From an uncultured Chloroflexia bacterium (lineage in GTDB: Bacteria; Chloroflexota; Anaerolineae; Anaerolineales; Villigracilaceae), in NCBI GenBank assembly GCA_963842785.1, contig CAWJHP010000001.1, positions 835,985-867,984 on the forward strand: 32,000 nucleotides of DNA. The letters run 5' to 3'. The notes beneath the pieces are model-generated. The model ran no database searches. It was given only the letters and a program-made list of their open reading frames with translations, and had not been told where the DNA came from. Below are positions 1-10,037 of the stretch, in pieces. The position numbers and the translations under genes are program-made. The first letter of the stretch is position 1, and each line of letters starts with the position of its first letter.

Positions 1-507
1 AAAATAGCGACGGATATAACCCGGGCGTTGTTCCTCCTCTATTCGCCAACTTAGTTTATTCAAGATCGTGTTAGCCGCGTCAGTATCCTTTGGATGAACC
101 AGAAGATCTATATCGTCATAAACTCTCTGGCCATGGTCCCCCCCATAGATCGTTTGGATCAAAGCCCAACCTTTTAAAACGATGACAGGGATATTGGCTT
201 CCTTCAGAGCAGATAAGACCGGCTTGATCAGGCTTACAAATTGATCGCTGTAAATTATCAGGCCATAGTAATCCAACCGCAAGCCTTCGAGGAAGGAACT
301 GGGCCATTTCTTCCGCTTCGATTTTCCCAGCACGTAGAAATGCGCTGAGAGGCGGTGATGCCTCAGAAGGGTAAATAGCCGTTCCCAGTCCAGATCCGCG
401 GGCGGGTTCGGGAAGGGGCGTTCCCGGAAAAGCCGGTAAGCCAGGGCGAGCCGCAGAAATTCAAATTCGCGATCACCGGCAGGAGGCCAAGCTCCTTTAT
501 CCGGCAT
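1..507 (-). CDS. Nucleotidyltransferase-family protein (PF14907/NTP_transf_5-like); C-terminus lies beyond the left edge
   Basis: Absent from the ORF track because it has no stop in the window. Hand translation of the minus frame from ATG 507..505 is uninterrupted to base 1: MPDKGAWPPAGDREFEFLRLALAYRLF...ANIPVIVLKGWALIQTIYGGDHGQRVYDDIDLLVHPKDTDAANTILNKLSW... The LKG-x-A...Y...R..DIDLLV pattern is typical of this family. The start overlaps the DegT stop by 11 nt. Confidence 0.6.
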   Translation of the reverse strand, partial: MPDKGAWPPAGDREFEFLRLALAYRLFRERPFPNPPADLDWERLFTLLRHHRLSAHFYVLGKSKRKKWPSSFLEGLRLDYYGLIIYSDQFVSLIKPVLSALKEANIPVIVLKGWALIQTIYGGDHGQRVYDDIDLLVHPKDTDAANTILNKLSWRIEEEQRPGYIRRYF

Positions 508-1651
508 CCAGATCCTTGAGCGTTTCGCTAATGGCTTGCGCAACCCAGTGGACTTGTTCGAGGCGCATACTGGAAAAGAGCGGCAGGGTCACTTCACGAA
601 CGCCCACCTCTTCGGTGAGAGGCAGACTCATTCTCTGTCCTTGCCATTCATCCTGGTAGATCTGAAAATGATGCACGGGTGGGTAATGGATGCTAGTCTG
701 GATACCTCGCTGCTTGAGACCTTCCATGAAGCCAAAGCGATCCGTTCCCTTCGGCAGCAGGGCGGGCAGGATGTGATAGCAGCTTGTGCCACGTGGCTCT
801 CCAAAGGGTATTTGCAGCTGCGGGGCCAGTTCCGCCAGTAATTCGCGATAGAGGGTGGTCAGTTCAGCGCGATGTTGGTTGCCAGCGGGTAACTTGCGCA
901 ACTGGACCCGCCCTAAGGCAGCGCGCATCTCGTCAATACGATAGTTATAACCCAGATCGACAACATCATAGCTATAAGCGTGCCCCTGGTGGCGGTCCCA
1001 GCTGAGTGAGGTCATGCCGTGCGAGCGCAGGACGCGTAATTTTTCTGCCAGGGCATCATTGTTTGTGGCGAGCATGCCGCCCTCGCCAGTGGTCATATTC
1101 TTGTTGGAGAAGAAACTATAACAACCAATCGCGCCCCAGGTGCCAAGTGTCCGGCCAGCCAGGCTCGAGCCGATGGCGTGGGCCGAGTCTTCGAGGATAA
1201 CCAGATTATGGCGGCGGGCGATTCCCAGGATAGCAGGCATATCACAGGGAAAACCGGCGTAGTGCACAACCAGAATGGCACGTGTCCGTTCTGTGATGCG
1301 CGTTTCGATGGAAGCAGGCGATATATTCAGCGAGTCCAAGCTTTCGACGTCCGCAAAGACAGGCGTTGCGCCAGTATAGCGTACTGCATTGGCAGTGGCG
1401 ACAAAGGTCAGCGACGGGACGATCACCTCATCGCCGGGACCAATCCCCGTCGCCAAGCAAGCCAGATGCAGGGCAGCCGTGCCATTGGTGACTGCCAAGG
1501 TATGCTTCGCACCGATGAAGGCCGCAAACTCTCGCTCGAACTCTTTAGTGACCTCGCCCATGCTCAGCCAGCCGGATCGAACGACCTGCTGGATGGCCTG
1601 TTCTTCTTCCACTCCAAAGTTAACATCCGCCAAGGGAACACGCCAATCCAT
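497..1651 (-). CDS. DegT/DnrJ/EryC1/StrS-family PLP-dependent NDP-sugar aminotransferase
   Basis: 384-aa ORF. Family hallmarks: AVTNGTAALHLA, GDEVIVPSLTFVATANA, and SFFSNKNMTTGEGGML (PLP-lysine motif). It lies 2 nt downstream of the preceding gene. Confidence 0.9.
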   Translation of the reverse strand: MDWRVPLADVNFGVEEEQAIQQVVRSGWLSMGEVTKEFEREFAAFIGAKHTLAVTNGTAALHLACLATGIGPGDEVIVPSLTFVATANAVRYTGATPVFADVESLDSLNISPASIETRITERTRAILVVHYAGFPCDMPAILGIARRHNLVILEDSAHAIGSSLAGRTLGTWGAIGCYSFFSNKNMTTGEGGMLATNNDALAEKLRVLRSHGMTSLSWDRHQGHAYSYDVVDLGYNYRIDEMRAALGRVQLRKLPAGNQHRAELTTLYRELLAELAPQLQIPFGEPRGTSCYHILPALLPKGTDRFGFMEGLKQRGIQTSIHYPPVHHFQIYQDEWQGQRMSLPLTEEVGVREVTLPLFSSMRLEQVHWVAQAISETLKDLDAG

Positions 1652-1653
1652 GT

Positions 1654-2364
1654 TTAATCCTCCGGTAAGAATTGTTTCCTCATGTTGCTAAAGTCCTGGT
1701 TGGCCTGAATATAATCATCCGGGCGGCCAAGGTCCATCCAATAACCATCAAAGGTATAGCCGCATACTTTCTCGCCACTTGCGATCAATTTCAGGATCAG
1801 GTCCGGGAAATCCAGATACTCGCCAACCGGGATGTAATCCAGGAGGCGCGGCTCAAAGACATACATCCCCATGCTGACGGTGTAATCGGTAGTGGGCTTC
1901 TCGATATACCCAGAGATCTGATCATCTCCATTCCATTGGATGACTCCCAGATCGATCTTGACCTGTCGACGGTGGGCTGCAATGGTGGCAATCCCGCCTG
2001 TTTTCTTATGAAAGGCGATCAGTTTCTTTAGATCGAGATTTGTCAGCACATCCCCATTGGTAACCAGGAATGTCTTATCCAGTCCTTTAACAAGGGCAAT
2101 CGGGCCTGCCGTGCCAAGTGGTATCTGCTCTTGGCTGTATGTAATATCGAGATCCCAATGGGCACCATCCCCAAAATAAGCCCGCAGGAGCGAAGCCAGA
2201 TGACCAACCGTCAGAACCACATGATTTATGCCGGCGCACTTCATCTGGCGTAATAGGACCTCCAAGATGGGCATATCGCCAATGGGCATGAGCGGCTTGG
2301 GAAGAATAGTGGTATAGGGCTCAAGCCGGGTGCCTTTGCCCCCTGCCAGAACAATTGCTCTCAT
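1654..2364 (-). CDS. Sugar-1-phosphate nucleotidyltransferase (NTP_transferase family)
   Basis: 236-aa ORF. The N-terminal signature MRAIVLAGGKGTRLEPYTTILPKPLMPIG matches G-x-G-T-R-L...PKPL. Nucleotide and sugar specificity cannot be read from the sequence. Confidence 0.85.
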   Translation of the reverse strand: MRAIVLAGGKGTRLEPYTTILPKPLMPIGDMPILEVLLRQMKCAGINHVVLTVGHLASLLRAYFGDGAHWDLDITYSQEQIPLGTAGPIALVKGLDKTFLVTNGDVLTNLDLKKLIAFHKKTGGIATIAAHRRQVKIDLGVIQWNGDDQISGYIEKPTTDYTVSMGMYVFEPRLLDYIPVGEYLDFPDLILKLIASGEKVCGYTFDGYWMDLGRPDDYIQANQDFSNMRKQFLPED

Positions 2365-2535
2365 AATATTTTATCTCCAAGAAACAAAACGGTTATATGC
2401 AAGCCACCAATAGGGCGGAGTCAAATATGGCAATCGCTGCAACCTTAGAATCCACGAGTGAGAAGAATTTTTAAGTTTGACACCTACCAACCAGACAGGA
2501 ATGATTCTAATGGGGAAATTCTTCATAATATGGTC

Positions 2536-3030
2536 CTAGGCTGGTAACATGTGATTGTTAATTAATAGTCCTAACAAAAGAATATCCATATACAACTCAA
2601 GATGTGACCGGTCCCCAGAGTCTAATTCTAATTTTAACGATTGATATACACTCTGAATATAGTATATGGCTGGTCTGTCCATAACACTTTGCTGAAGCCT
2701 AATCAGAACATTGACTAATAGAGTTTTGATTCTTGTAATTCTTGTCTGGGCTTGTTCAAAAGTGATTTCGCCCTGCTGAAGGCGTTTAAGGGTCTGACAT
2801 TGCCATGTTTGGCAAAGAGGTGGACGCCTGGGATCCTCATGAATAAGGCAACTGTTCCCTTTTTCAAGGAACAGAGGGCAAGTCAAAGGCAGGATTGGAT
2901 TGCGCGGTTCAGAAGAGATTCCGAATTCTTCAGGGACCTGATCGTGGTAATGGAAGATACCCTGACAACAAATTCCACAGGTCAAACAGAGTTTTGAACT
3001 TATCAAGTTGATGGTGTTGATGTCATACAT
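2536..3030 (-). CDS. YkgJ/UPF0153-type cysteine-cluster (CxxCxxCC) protein
   Basis: 164-aa ORF with CLTCGICC (CxxCxxCC) near the N-terminus plus further Cys (TCPLF, NSCLIH, LCQTWQC). It is visibly more AT-rich than both neighbours and is flanked by 142-171 nt spacers. Confidence 0.55.
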   Translation of the reverse strand: MYDINTINLISSKLCLTCGICCQGIFHYHDQVPEEFGISSEPRNPILPLTCPLFLEKGNSCLIHEDPRRPPLCQTWQCQTLKRLQQGEITFEQAQTRITRIKTLLVNVLIRLQQSVMDRPAIYYIQSVYQSLKLELDSGDRSHLELYMDILLLGLLINNHMLPA

Positions 3031-3172
3031 TTTTAGATTATACCTTACGAGTAGAACTGTTCTATAAAAGGAATATCCCTACTGAGTAGTGAGAGGAAGA
3101 GTTGTGTAAGAGTTGATAACAACCCATTTTCACTTCCTTTGTGTATCAAGATATTAATCAATAACAAGAAAA

Positions 3173-4168
3173 TTAGAACAGGTAATGGTCTGGTTGATAA
3201 CGCTCAATATTCCTGGAAATCCAGTCGATCGTCCGGTCCAGGCCTTGCTCCAGGGAGGTTTCCGGTTCCCAACCCAGTCGTTCACGCGCCAGGCGATTAT
3301 CGGAAACCAAGCGTAGGACTTCCGATCTCTCCGGACGCAGCCGGGCTGGATCCACCTCGACATCGACCGATCGGTTCACCTTCCGAATTATCAATTCCGC
3401 CAGATCCCCCACTCGGATCTCTTCGCCTGTCCCAAGGTTGAACTGGCCGCCTTCAATACCTTCAGCCTGGATCGCCCGGATAAACCCGTTAACAGTATCC
3501 TGCACAAAGGTAAAGTCACGGACGGTATTCAGGTTCCCGAGCCGGACAGTTGGTTGTGTGAGCGCCTGGGTGATAATAGCCGGGATGACCGCCCGGGCGG
3601 ATTGGCGCGGGCCATAGGTGTTGAACGGGCGCAACGTCACCACCGGCAGGTTGTAGGCGCAATAAAAACTCTCCGCCAGTTTATCCGCCCCGATCTTGCT
3701 GGCCGAATACGGGGATTGCCCCTGTAGCGGGTGGCTTTCAGCTATTGGGGTTTGGCGGGCGGTGCCGTACACTTCACTGGTGGATGTATGGATCAGGCGT
3801 TCCACTCCCAGGTCCCGGCAGGCCATCAGGACGTTCAACGTCCCGATGAAATTCGCCCCGGCCACTTCCACCGGATGGAAATAGGAATATGGGATGGAGA
3901 TCAATGCTCCCAAATGCAGCACCACCTGGCAACCTGCCACAGCACTACGTAAAGCCTGCTCGTCACGCAGATCTCCGGCAACGACCTCAATCTTGGAAAA
4001 AATCTGCAGGGGCAGAAAACGCAGCAAGCCGGGATCGCCACGTGAGTTGTAGCGGACAAACGCCCGCACGCGTGCTCCTTCGACAACTAGCCGCTCCACC
4101 AGGTGGCTGCCAATAAACCCACCTGCGCCTGTTACGAGAATACGTTTGTCAGTCCAGGGATAGGGCAA
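3173..4168 (-). CDS. Extended-SDR NAD-dependent NDP-sugar dehydratase/epimerase
   Basis: 331-aa ORF with ILVTGAGGFIGSHLV (TGxxGxxG), STSEVYG, and PYSASKIGADKL (YxxxK catalytic motif). Confidence 0.85.
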   Translation of the reverse strand: MPYPWTDKRILVTGAGGFIGSHLVERLVVEGARVRAFVRYNSRGDPGLLRFLPLQIFSKIEVVAGDLRDEQALRSAVAGCQVVLHLGALISIPYSYFHPVEVAGANFIGTLNVLMACRDLGVERLIHTSTSEVYGTARQTPIAESHPLQGQSPYSASKIGADKLAESFYCAYNLPVVTLRPFNTYGPRQSARAVIPAIITQALTQPTVRLGNLNTVRDFTFVQDTVNGFIRAIQAEGIEGGQFNLGTGEEIRVGDLAELIIRKVNRSVDVEVDPARLRPERSEVLRLVSDNRLARERLGWEPETSLEQGLDRTIDWISRNIERYQPDHYLF

Positions 4169-4338
4169 GGGACTCCTTTGTTAGGTGAAAGATAGAAACT
4201 CATAGGTGAATCCCCAAAGAACGGAGACAGGCGCTGATAGCTGGTAGGGAATAGCTGACTGGAAAAAGGAAAGAAGAGCGAAAGTATTTTAGGTCACTTT
4301 TTTTCAGTGCCGTGCGAAACGAATAAGCGCCGGAAGGA

Positions 4339-5442
4339 TTATACGGGTTCGGGTTCAGAGGTGGGGACTTTTCCGGTGCGATCACGCCAACGGCCTGCAA
4401 ATTTGATCAAGCCAAATAAAAAACCGCTGCCATAACTTATATGTAATATAGCATAAATAAACGGCAAGAGAGGCAGATATTCCCAGCCGCGCTTGAAGCC
4501 GGTGTAGAGGCAGGCGAAGAGGTTTACGATGATGTAAAGCAGAGGAATGATAGCTGAAAGTAATAAGGCGGAAGGTGAAAGGGAATAGCTGATAGCTGAT
4601 AGGTGATAGGTGACAGGAAAGAGAAGAATGGAGATGGCGAGCAAGGCGGAGGCGAGCAGGGCCAGCACAAAAGCCGGCGGCACGAACTGGCGCAGGGTCA
4701 TCTGGTGCGGATGTTTTTGCAGGACACGCACCTTCCATAGTCCGTATTTGAAATACTGTCGCCAAAGGGAAATAAACGATGCTCGACAATAATAACGCGA
4801 CTTTATATCACCCGCCAGCAATAGTTTCATTCCAAGTGCGCGCAAACGATAATTGTATTCATCATCTTCGTTGCAATACATACCTTCATCGTACAGGCCA
4901 ACGCGCCGGATGGTTTCCTTTGGATAAGCCGGAAAAGGAACGCTATCGATATAGCGTTGCTTGCCCTGGTTAGTCCGGAATGTGGAACCACCCACCCCAA
5001 AAGAGGAACTCATGGCAACGGCAATGCTTCGAGAAAGCCAGGTTTCTCCGACCGTTTCCACAACCCCACCGACACCATCCGCATGGCCGGCTTGCAAGTG
5101 CTTGACACAGCCACTGATAAAATCCGGTGCGATCTCACAATGCCCATCCACCCTGACGATAATATCGCCTTTTGCCTTGGCGATCCCAATGTTTAACGCT
5201 GCCGGAACCATATGGGCCGGATTATCCACCAAGTAAAGCGGGAATTTCGTTTGAACGGTCATCCACTGCTGGAGAATGCCCCGGGTCGCATCGGTGGACA
5301 TGCCATCCAGCACCAACACCTCCATCCGGTCGGAAGGGTAATCCTGAGCCATGACTGCTTCCAGACAACGTTGAATGGTAGCAGCTTCGTTGCGGATGGG
5401 CAAGAGAACGGAAACGAATGGAAATTGCCTATCCATTTCCAT
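4339..5442 (-). CDS. Family-2 glycosyltransferase (ExoA-like) with C-terminal membrane domain
   Basis: 367-aa ORF with VSVLLPIRNEA...EVLVLDGMSTD...IIVRVDGH...NEDDEYNYRL, followed by about 4 hydrophobic helices. The start overlaps the upstream gene's stop by 14 nt. Confidence 0.85.
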   Translation of the reverse strand: MEMDRQFPFVSVLLPIRNEAATIQRCLEAVMAQDYPSDRMEVLVLDGMSTDATRGILQQWMTVQTKFPLYLVDNPAHMVPAALNIGIAKAKGDIIVRVDGHCEIAPDFISGCVKHLQAGHADGVGGVVETVGETWLSRSIAVAMSSSFGVGGSTFRTNQGKQRYIDSVPFPAYPKETIRRVGLYDEGMYCNEDDEYNYRLRALGMKLLLAGDIKSRYYCRASFISLWRQYFKYGLWKVRVLQKHPHQMTLRQFVPPAFVLALLASALLAISILLFPVTYHLSAISYSLSPSALLLSAIIPLLYIIVNLFACLYTGFKRGWEYLPLLPFIYAILHISYGSGFLFGLIKFAGRWRDRTGKVPTSEPEPV

Positions 5443-6622
5443 CCTGAAAGGGTGCGCTTTCGTTACCCAGAAGCTCGGAATACGCAGATATTAGACTTTG
5501 TTTCGCGATGCTCCAATTATAGGTTGTCAGGCCGGCCTCCCTTGACCGCTCTTCCATAGCTAATCTGGCAGATTTATCGGAAAGGGTATCAAGCGCAGCA
5601 CCGATCGAATCGCCATTTACCTGCGGGAGTAAAATGCCACATTGGGTGCTATTTACAACACTGGATAGCTCACCGCCAATATCACCAGCCAGTACCGCTT
5701 TACCAGCCGCCAATGCTTCATATAACTTATTGGGGGCGTTATACGGAGCATAGATATTCTTCGGATCAAAACCATAATAGATCACATCTGCAGCCGCAGT
5801 TAACAAGGGTATGTCATCAGGATGGATATAACCGGGAAAATACACATTGGATAATTGTGAACAAGCGCTTCGAATTTCATCTGCCTGGTCACCCTGGCCC
5901 CCCAGGATCAAGAAGACCCAGGGACGGGAGCGGATAGCTTGAAGCAGCGGAAGCACATTCCGATCTGCGGATAATGCCCCGATATAAGCAATCCCAAGTT
6001 TTCCATCCATTCCCAGTTCCTGCCGCTTTTGCGCAACAAGGCGTGAATCAAACTGGTAGGCTTGCGGGTCCTTCCAATTCCCGACGACAACCACCTTTCT
6101 TGCACCAAAATTTGCATAGTAATCTGCGGTTGCCGTGTTCGCACTGATCAAGAGACCGGCGAAGCGGGTCAGGCATTGCTCGAGCAGGCGGACGATCCAG
6201 GCACCTATTCGTGAGACAAGCGGTTTCATCATCATGTAATAATTTTCATGGGCATCCAGGACCAGCTTGACCCGAGGATGTAACCACACATACCAAACCC
6301 CGGCAATGTAAGTATCAAAATCGTGACAATGGACTACACCTGGCTGCAACAAGGTGATTTCTTTGACAAACCAACGCCAAACCTGCAAATATTGCAGAAT
6401 TTTTCCCAATCCTTGTCCATAACCGGCCCTCAATGGCATTCGCCTAATTTCGAGACCGGAAAGCAATTCTTGTACTGGAAGCCTCCCCTCGCGGTCCCAG
6501 GCCAAAAGAAAAACCTGGTAACCATACTCAATCAAGACCAACGCCTCGTTGCGGACTCGGTCATCCGGGTAATATGGGTTTGATAAAAGCATTACAACTT
6601 TTACGTTGGCCGATTCTCTCAT
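5429..6622 (-). CDS. GT-B fold glycosyltransferase (GT4-like)
   Basis: 397-aa ORF. The C-terminal half reads ...YGFDPKNIYAPYNAPNKLYEALAAGKAVLAGDIGGEL..., typical of the GT4 nucleotide-sugar binding region. Confidence 0.8.
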   Translation of the reverse strand: MRESANVKVVMLLSNPYYPDDRVRNEALVLIEYGYQVFLLAWDREGRLPVQELLSGLEIRRMPLRAGYGQGLGKILQYLQVWRWFVKEITLLQPGVVHCHDFDTYIAGVWYVWLHPRVKLVLDAHENYYMMMKPLVSRIGAWIVRLLEQCLTRFAGLLISANTATADYYANFGARKVVVVGNWKDPQAYQFDSRLVAQKRQELGMDGKLGIAYIGALSADRNVLPLLQAIRSRPWVFLILGGQGDQADEIRSACSQLSNVYFPGYIHPDDIPLLTAAADVIYYGFDPKNIYAPYNAPNKLYEALAAGKAVLAGDIGGELSSVVNSTQCGILLPQVNGDSIGAALDTLSDKSARLAMEERSREAGLTTYNWSIAKQSLISAYSELLGNESAPFQDGNG

Positions 6623-7124
6623 ATTGATAAATCACCTTAGTCAGCCAACGCAACTGAGCCGATCCCGAAAACGAAGCGTAAGCGGATTGAATAGCTTGAT
6701 AAAAAAAGCTGAACCCCCCTTATTTGTCTTAATTTGCAAGCAATGCCGTGATGGGTTCGGGGAAAAAGCAGCAATATTATTTCGCTTTATTTGAAAAAGA
6801 TCCCGAAGCGAAGCAACCCGAGAAGCAAAAATTGCCGCTCCCCCCAATTAAGGAAAATTCGTTATCCTAAGCACAATCACCTTTCCCGAAACTCCAAATG
6901 TAGAGTGGAACCGATTCATAAATCTCTTTGGAGGTCCCGTTTATAGTTACAGCCCATTAGATTCCAGAATTTGGAGACTGAATAAAGCAATTAAGATATA
7001 GTTATCAATTAGTGTGATTTCTTATTTTGGGAAAGTACTTTATGACGTATTTCAAACAAGATCCTGTAAAACTTCATTATATATTAATGAAATACTTTAG
7101 AGAAGTATTCGCCCTACAAATAGC

Positions 7125-7868
7125 CTACAAACGGGATTCATGGACAAAAAGAGCATCTGTCCATTGTACGATATTCTTGTGATAATAAGAACGATAAAAA
7201 GTGACTAAATGAAATCCATGTCTCAGAAGGAATTCATATTCCTCTGAAAATGAAGGCATGTTGTCATAAAGATCGGAAAAATTCACTTCAAAAAATATAA
7301 GACCAATCTTATTAAACCTGAATGTATCTTCAGCTCCCTTGAATACTTCCAGATCATATCCCTGTGTATCAGATTTAAGAATGTCTATGTATTGGATGTT
7401 ATTATCATGGCAAATTTGATCAATAGTTTTAATTGTAACGAGTGTTTCTTTCACTATTGTGCCCCACCCGCTTCCGCCAAGAGGAAGAAAGGAACTCATA
7501 TCTGAATTTGAATTTTCAAAGAGAGTCTTATGACCTGAGGATGACCCGAGCCCACAATTCCATAATTGTACATTCTTATAATCTCTTACTTTTGAAGTGA
7601 GTTCTGTAAAGGTTGTTGCGCTCGGTTCGAAGGAATGAATAATACCTCTCGGTAAATTGTCATGAAATTGAAGAAGCGATTGTCCTATATTTGCACCAAC
7701 ATCAAAAATTATAGGATGCTCATTATGTAAGAATTTCTTTATGTCTCTTATTGGATCTTGTCCTACTTGATCTGGTCTGAATTGGATAATATCAAAACCA
7801 AGATTATTGACAATGTTTCGGATTTTTCTTTGCAATGGATTCATTTGGCTATAGCAAATTCGTAGCAT
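7125..7868 (-). CDS. FkbM-family SAM-dependent methyltransferase
   Basis: 247-aa ORF with IFDVGANIGQS (SAM-binding loop of the FkbM family) and IDILKSDTQGYDLEV. Very AT-rich: 16/60 G+C by hand count for 7381-7440. Confidence 0.8.
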   Translation of the reverse strand: MLRICYSQMNPLQRKIRNIVNNLGFDIIQFRPDQVGQDPIRDIKKFLHNEHPIIFDVGANIGQSLLQFHDNLPRGIIHSFEPSATTFTELTSKVRDYKNVQLWNCGLGSSSGHKTLFENSNSDMSSFLPLGGSGWGTIVKETLVTIKTIDQICHDNNIQYIDILKSDTQGYDLEVFKGAEDTFRFNKIGLIFFEVNFSDLYDNMPSFSEEYEFLLRHGFHLVTFYRSYYHKNIVQWTDALFVHESRL

Positions 7869-8114
7869 ATCATTTGATCTTTTCTTTTTTCACCAGAACC
7901 TTTTTTCACAAAATCTCCAAGTTTTACCTTATAAAATACTTTTATCTTTTACTTTAGTTGAGCAAGTCAATTTCTTCTATATTTAAATATCCTGCTTCAT
8001 GAAAAAACTTCCGGAAATCTGATTTGAAAATGAGATTGGTTAATGGTAACTTTCGATGTCATTTAAATTGTCTTCGGTGATAGAAAACTTACCATCTTTT
8101 TTTCAAGCAAAAGT

Positions 8115-9171
8115 TCAAATCTTACTCAAATAGGAAACAAAATTACTATAAAATTTTTCATAAGTAAACTGCTCTTGCCATAGTTTCCTACACAGTTTCT
8201 GTAAATCTATAAAATCATCGTCAGATAGTGAATTGTGATAATCTAACAATTTCTCTGCGGCGTAGGGAATTCTCATGATATTCAATCCAAGGAAAGTAAT
8301 CATGATAATTTATTGTCTTATCCCAAGGTAATAAGCAATCAGTGTCGATAAAAACGGGTATCCTACCTAAATCCAGTGTCTCGTAAAATCTATAGGAATA
8401 ATTTCCTTCTCCTCGAACGCAAATGGTGTAATCAGATCCCAAGATATTTTGTAAGAATGCAAGTCTCGTGGGATCATTTTCATTCTTGTTAATCATGCCG
8501 GCCTTAAATTGCTTGCGCAGAATGTAATTAGTTTCTATTAGATTATTCTTTGAAAAGACATCTAGGACTCTTTTTCGAAAAATGTATGATGGAATTCTAG
8601 GAGGTTCCCATTTTGATATTCCAAGATAAAACTCTATCTTATGGTAATAATGTATGCTAAGACGGCAAGTGATATCATAGAGAGATTGTGAAACCGCACC
8701 GCAAAAGCCAACTTTCAGTTTATGATCATTCTTATGACGATATTCTAGTCTTCCTGAGCAATACAATTGGAGATAATCAGGAAAAAAAGCTGGGACTCCA
8801 AAACACTTTACTTTTTCTTGTTCTGATCGATATCCTGACTGCTCGAAGAGAATTACATCAGAAAAAGGAAGCCGCGCTGTGAAATCATGTCGTTTGAAAA
8901 GAATGATGGGCTTGCTATGATTCTTGGCTTGTTCTACTGCCGTCTTTGCCAATGGAATAAGATCTTTTTCCACATAATAATCCCAAGTCATTGGCAAAAA
9001 GCAAATATCAGCATTTTCAATTTCTTCTGTAAAGGAATAACTAGAAACCCACTCACCATAGACCTCTTTTTTTTTATCTAAAAGTGAATCATTCCATACA
9101 GGTCTAAGTATCTCTATCAAATATTTTCGATTTTGGCCCAGATAATGAGAATAATCTGCATATATTTTCAT
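8115..9171 (-). pseudogene. Exostosin(GT47)-like glycosyltransferase, split by one frameshift near 8270
   Basis: The 316-aa ORF (8221-9171) carries ...CVRGEGNYSYRFYETLDLGRIPVFIDTDCLLPW...WIEYHEN and then runs into out-of-frame sequence. The 62-aa ORF (8115-8303) continues sensibly as IPYAAEKLLDYHNSLSDDDFIDLQKLCRKLWQEQF. Skipping one A at 8270/8271 (CAT GAG A ATT CCC) joins them. Confidence 0.6.
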
Positions 9172-9332
9172 AACCTATTCCTGAAACCTACGATTAGGTT
9201 TTAAGAAAGTGAATACGATAATCAAGATAACAAATGCTTTTGACAAACGACATCCAAAAAATTTTTCAGCACCCAGATAATGATTTTCTAAACAGATATA
9301 GCAAGATTATGGAAAGAATAATAACCTTTACA

Positions 9333-9923
9333 CTAGGAAAGTTCCTTCACAATCCTGGCTGGATTACCAGCAACAATACAGCCTGCCGGAACATCCCTGG
9401 TGACAATCGATCCAGCCGCAATGATCGAGCCTGTACCTATATGAACACCTTTCATTATCATAACGTTGGCACCGATCCAAACATTATCTTCAATAATTAC
9501 AGGAGCAGTTACATATTTTGGCTCATATGCAGTCGATGGTTCCTGCTTTTCTTGTCGAATGAAAGATGGGAAAAACGTGCGTTGCATATAAAGGGTTTCC
9601 CGAAGGCGGCTTTCTGGATCCAGCGGATGACCATCATAATCACTGATGAACACATTCCAGGAAATCAGAACATGATCCCCCAGGATGATATTGTCTCTGC
9701 AATATAAGCGAAAATCACTCCCGATGATGCAGCCGTTGCCAATGGTCAGATGGCCTTTGCCGGTGGCCAGAATATCACAGCGGTGGTAAATGATGATCGA
9801 GTCGCCAACTTTGATTTGTGCATTTGGCATTTCTGCCTTAAAAGCATTAAACGTCAACACCCTGGGATTCGAACCTGATCTTAAAGTTGGGTTGAATCCA
9901 GCGCTGCCAGGCCAGTAACACAA
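9333..9923 (-). CDS. Left-handed beta-helix (hexapeptide-repeat) O-acetyltransferase
   Basis: The C-terminal region [50 protein letters not shown] is canonical for the LbH acyltransferase family. The true N-terminus is uncertain; see the finding on a possible upstream exon-like segment in another frame. Confidence 0.8.
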   Translation of the reverse strand: MCYWPGSAGFNPTLRSGSNPRVLTFNAFKAEMPNAQIKVGDSIIIYHRCDILATGKGHLTIGNGCIIGSDFRLYCRDNIILGDHVLISWNVFISDYDGHPLDPESRLRETLYMQRTFFPSFIRQEKQEPSTAYEPKYVTAPVIIEDNVWIGANVMIMKGVHIGTGSIIAAGSIVTRDVPAGCIVAGNPARIVKELS

Positions 9924-10037
9924 AATTAAGCAGCACGCGGATGGTTTGAATCAAATATTTCCAAATGTAATAGGGGCGCTCGAATAATTTGCGGATCAAC
10001 CGACCGATTTTGCCCATACCTGTTCCCTGCTCCCGCT

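Noticed and set aside
116-307. 63-aa minus-strand ORF given in the track.
   Set aside because: It is out of frame with, and fully contained in, the longer uninterrupted PF14907-like frame (1-507), which has clear family motifs.
6661-6845. In the 500-nt spacer 6623-7124: two copies of GATCCCGAA(N1-2)CGAAGC (6661 and 6799) and two C6 runs (6714-6719, 6840-6845).
   Set aside because: The repeats are short and imperfect. I could find no stable secondary structure or coding potential in any frame. It may be the scar of a cassette junction, but there is nothing I can support.
7091-7109. AT-rich hairpin (AATACTT-N5-AAGTATT) 15 nt after the FkbM stop, considered as a terminator.
   Set aside because: The stem is only 7 A/T-rich base pairs with a weak T-tract. 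This cannot be distinguished from chance in roughly 30% GC DNA.
9864-9875. GGTTCGAATCCC (minus strand), the consensus tRNA T-loop. It could have marked a tRNA fragment or att-site remnant inside the cluster.
   Set aside because: The flanking bases cannot form a T-stem (TCAGG versus CCCAG), and there is no acceptor or anticodon arm. It does not match the 3' end of the tRNA-fMet in this window (GGTTCGAGTCCAGCC). Most likely a coding coincidence.
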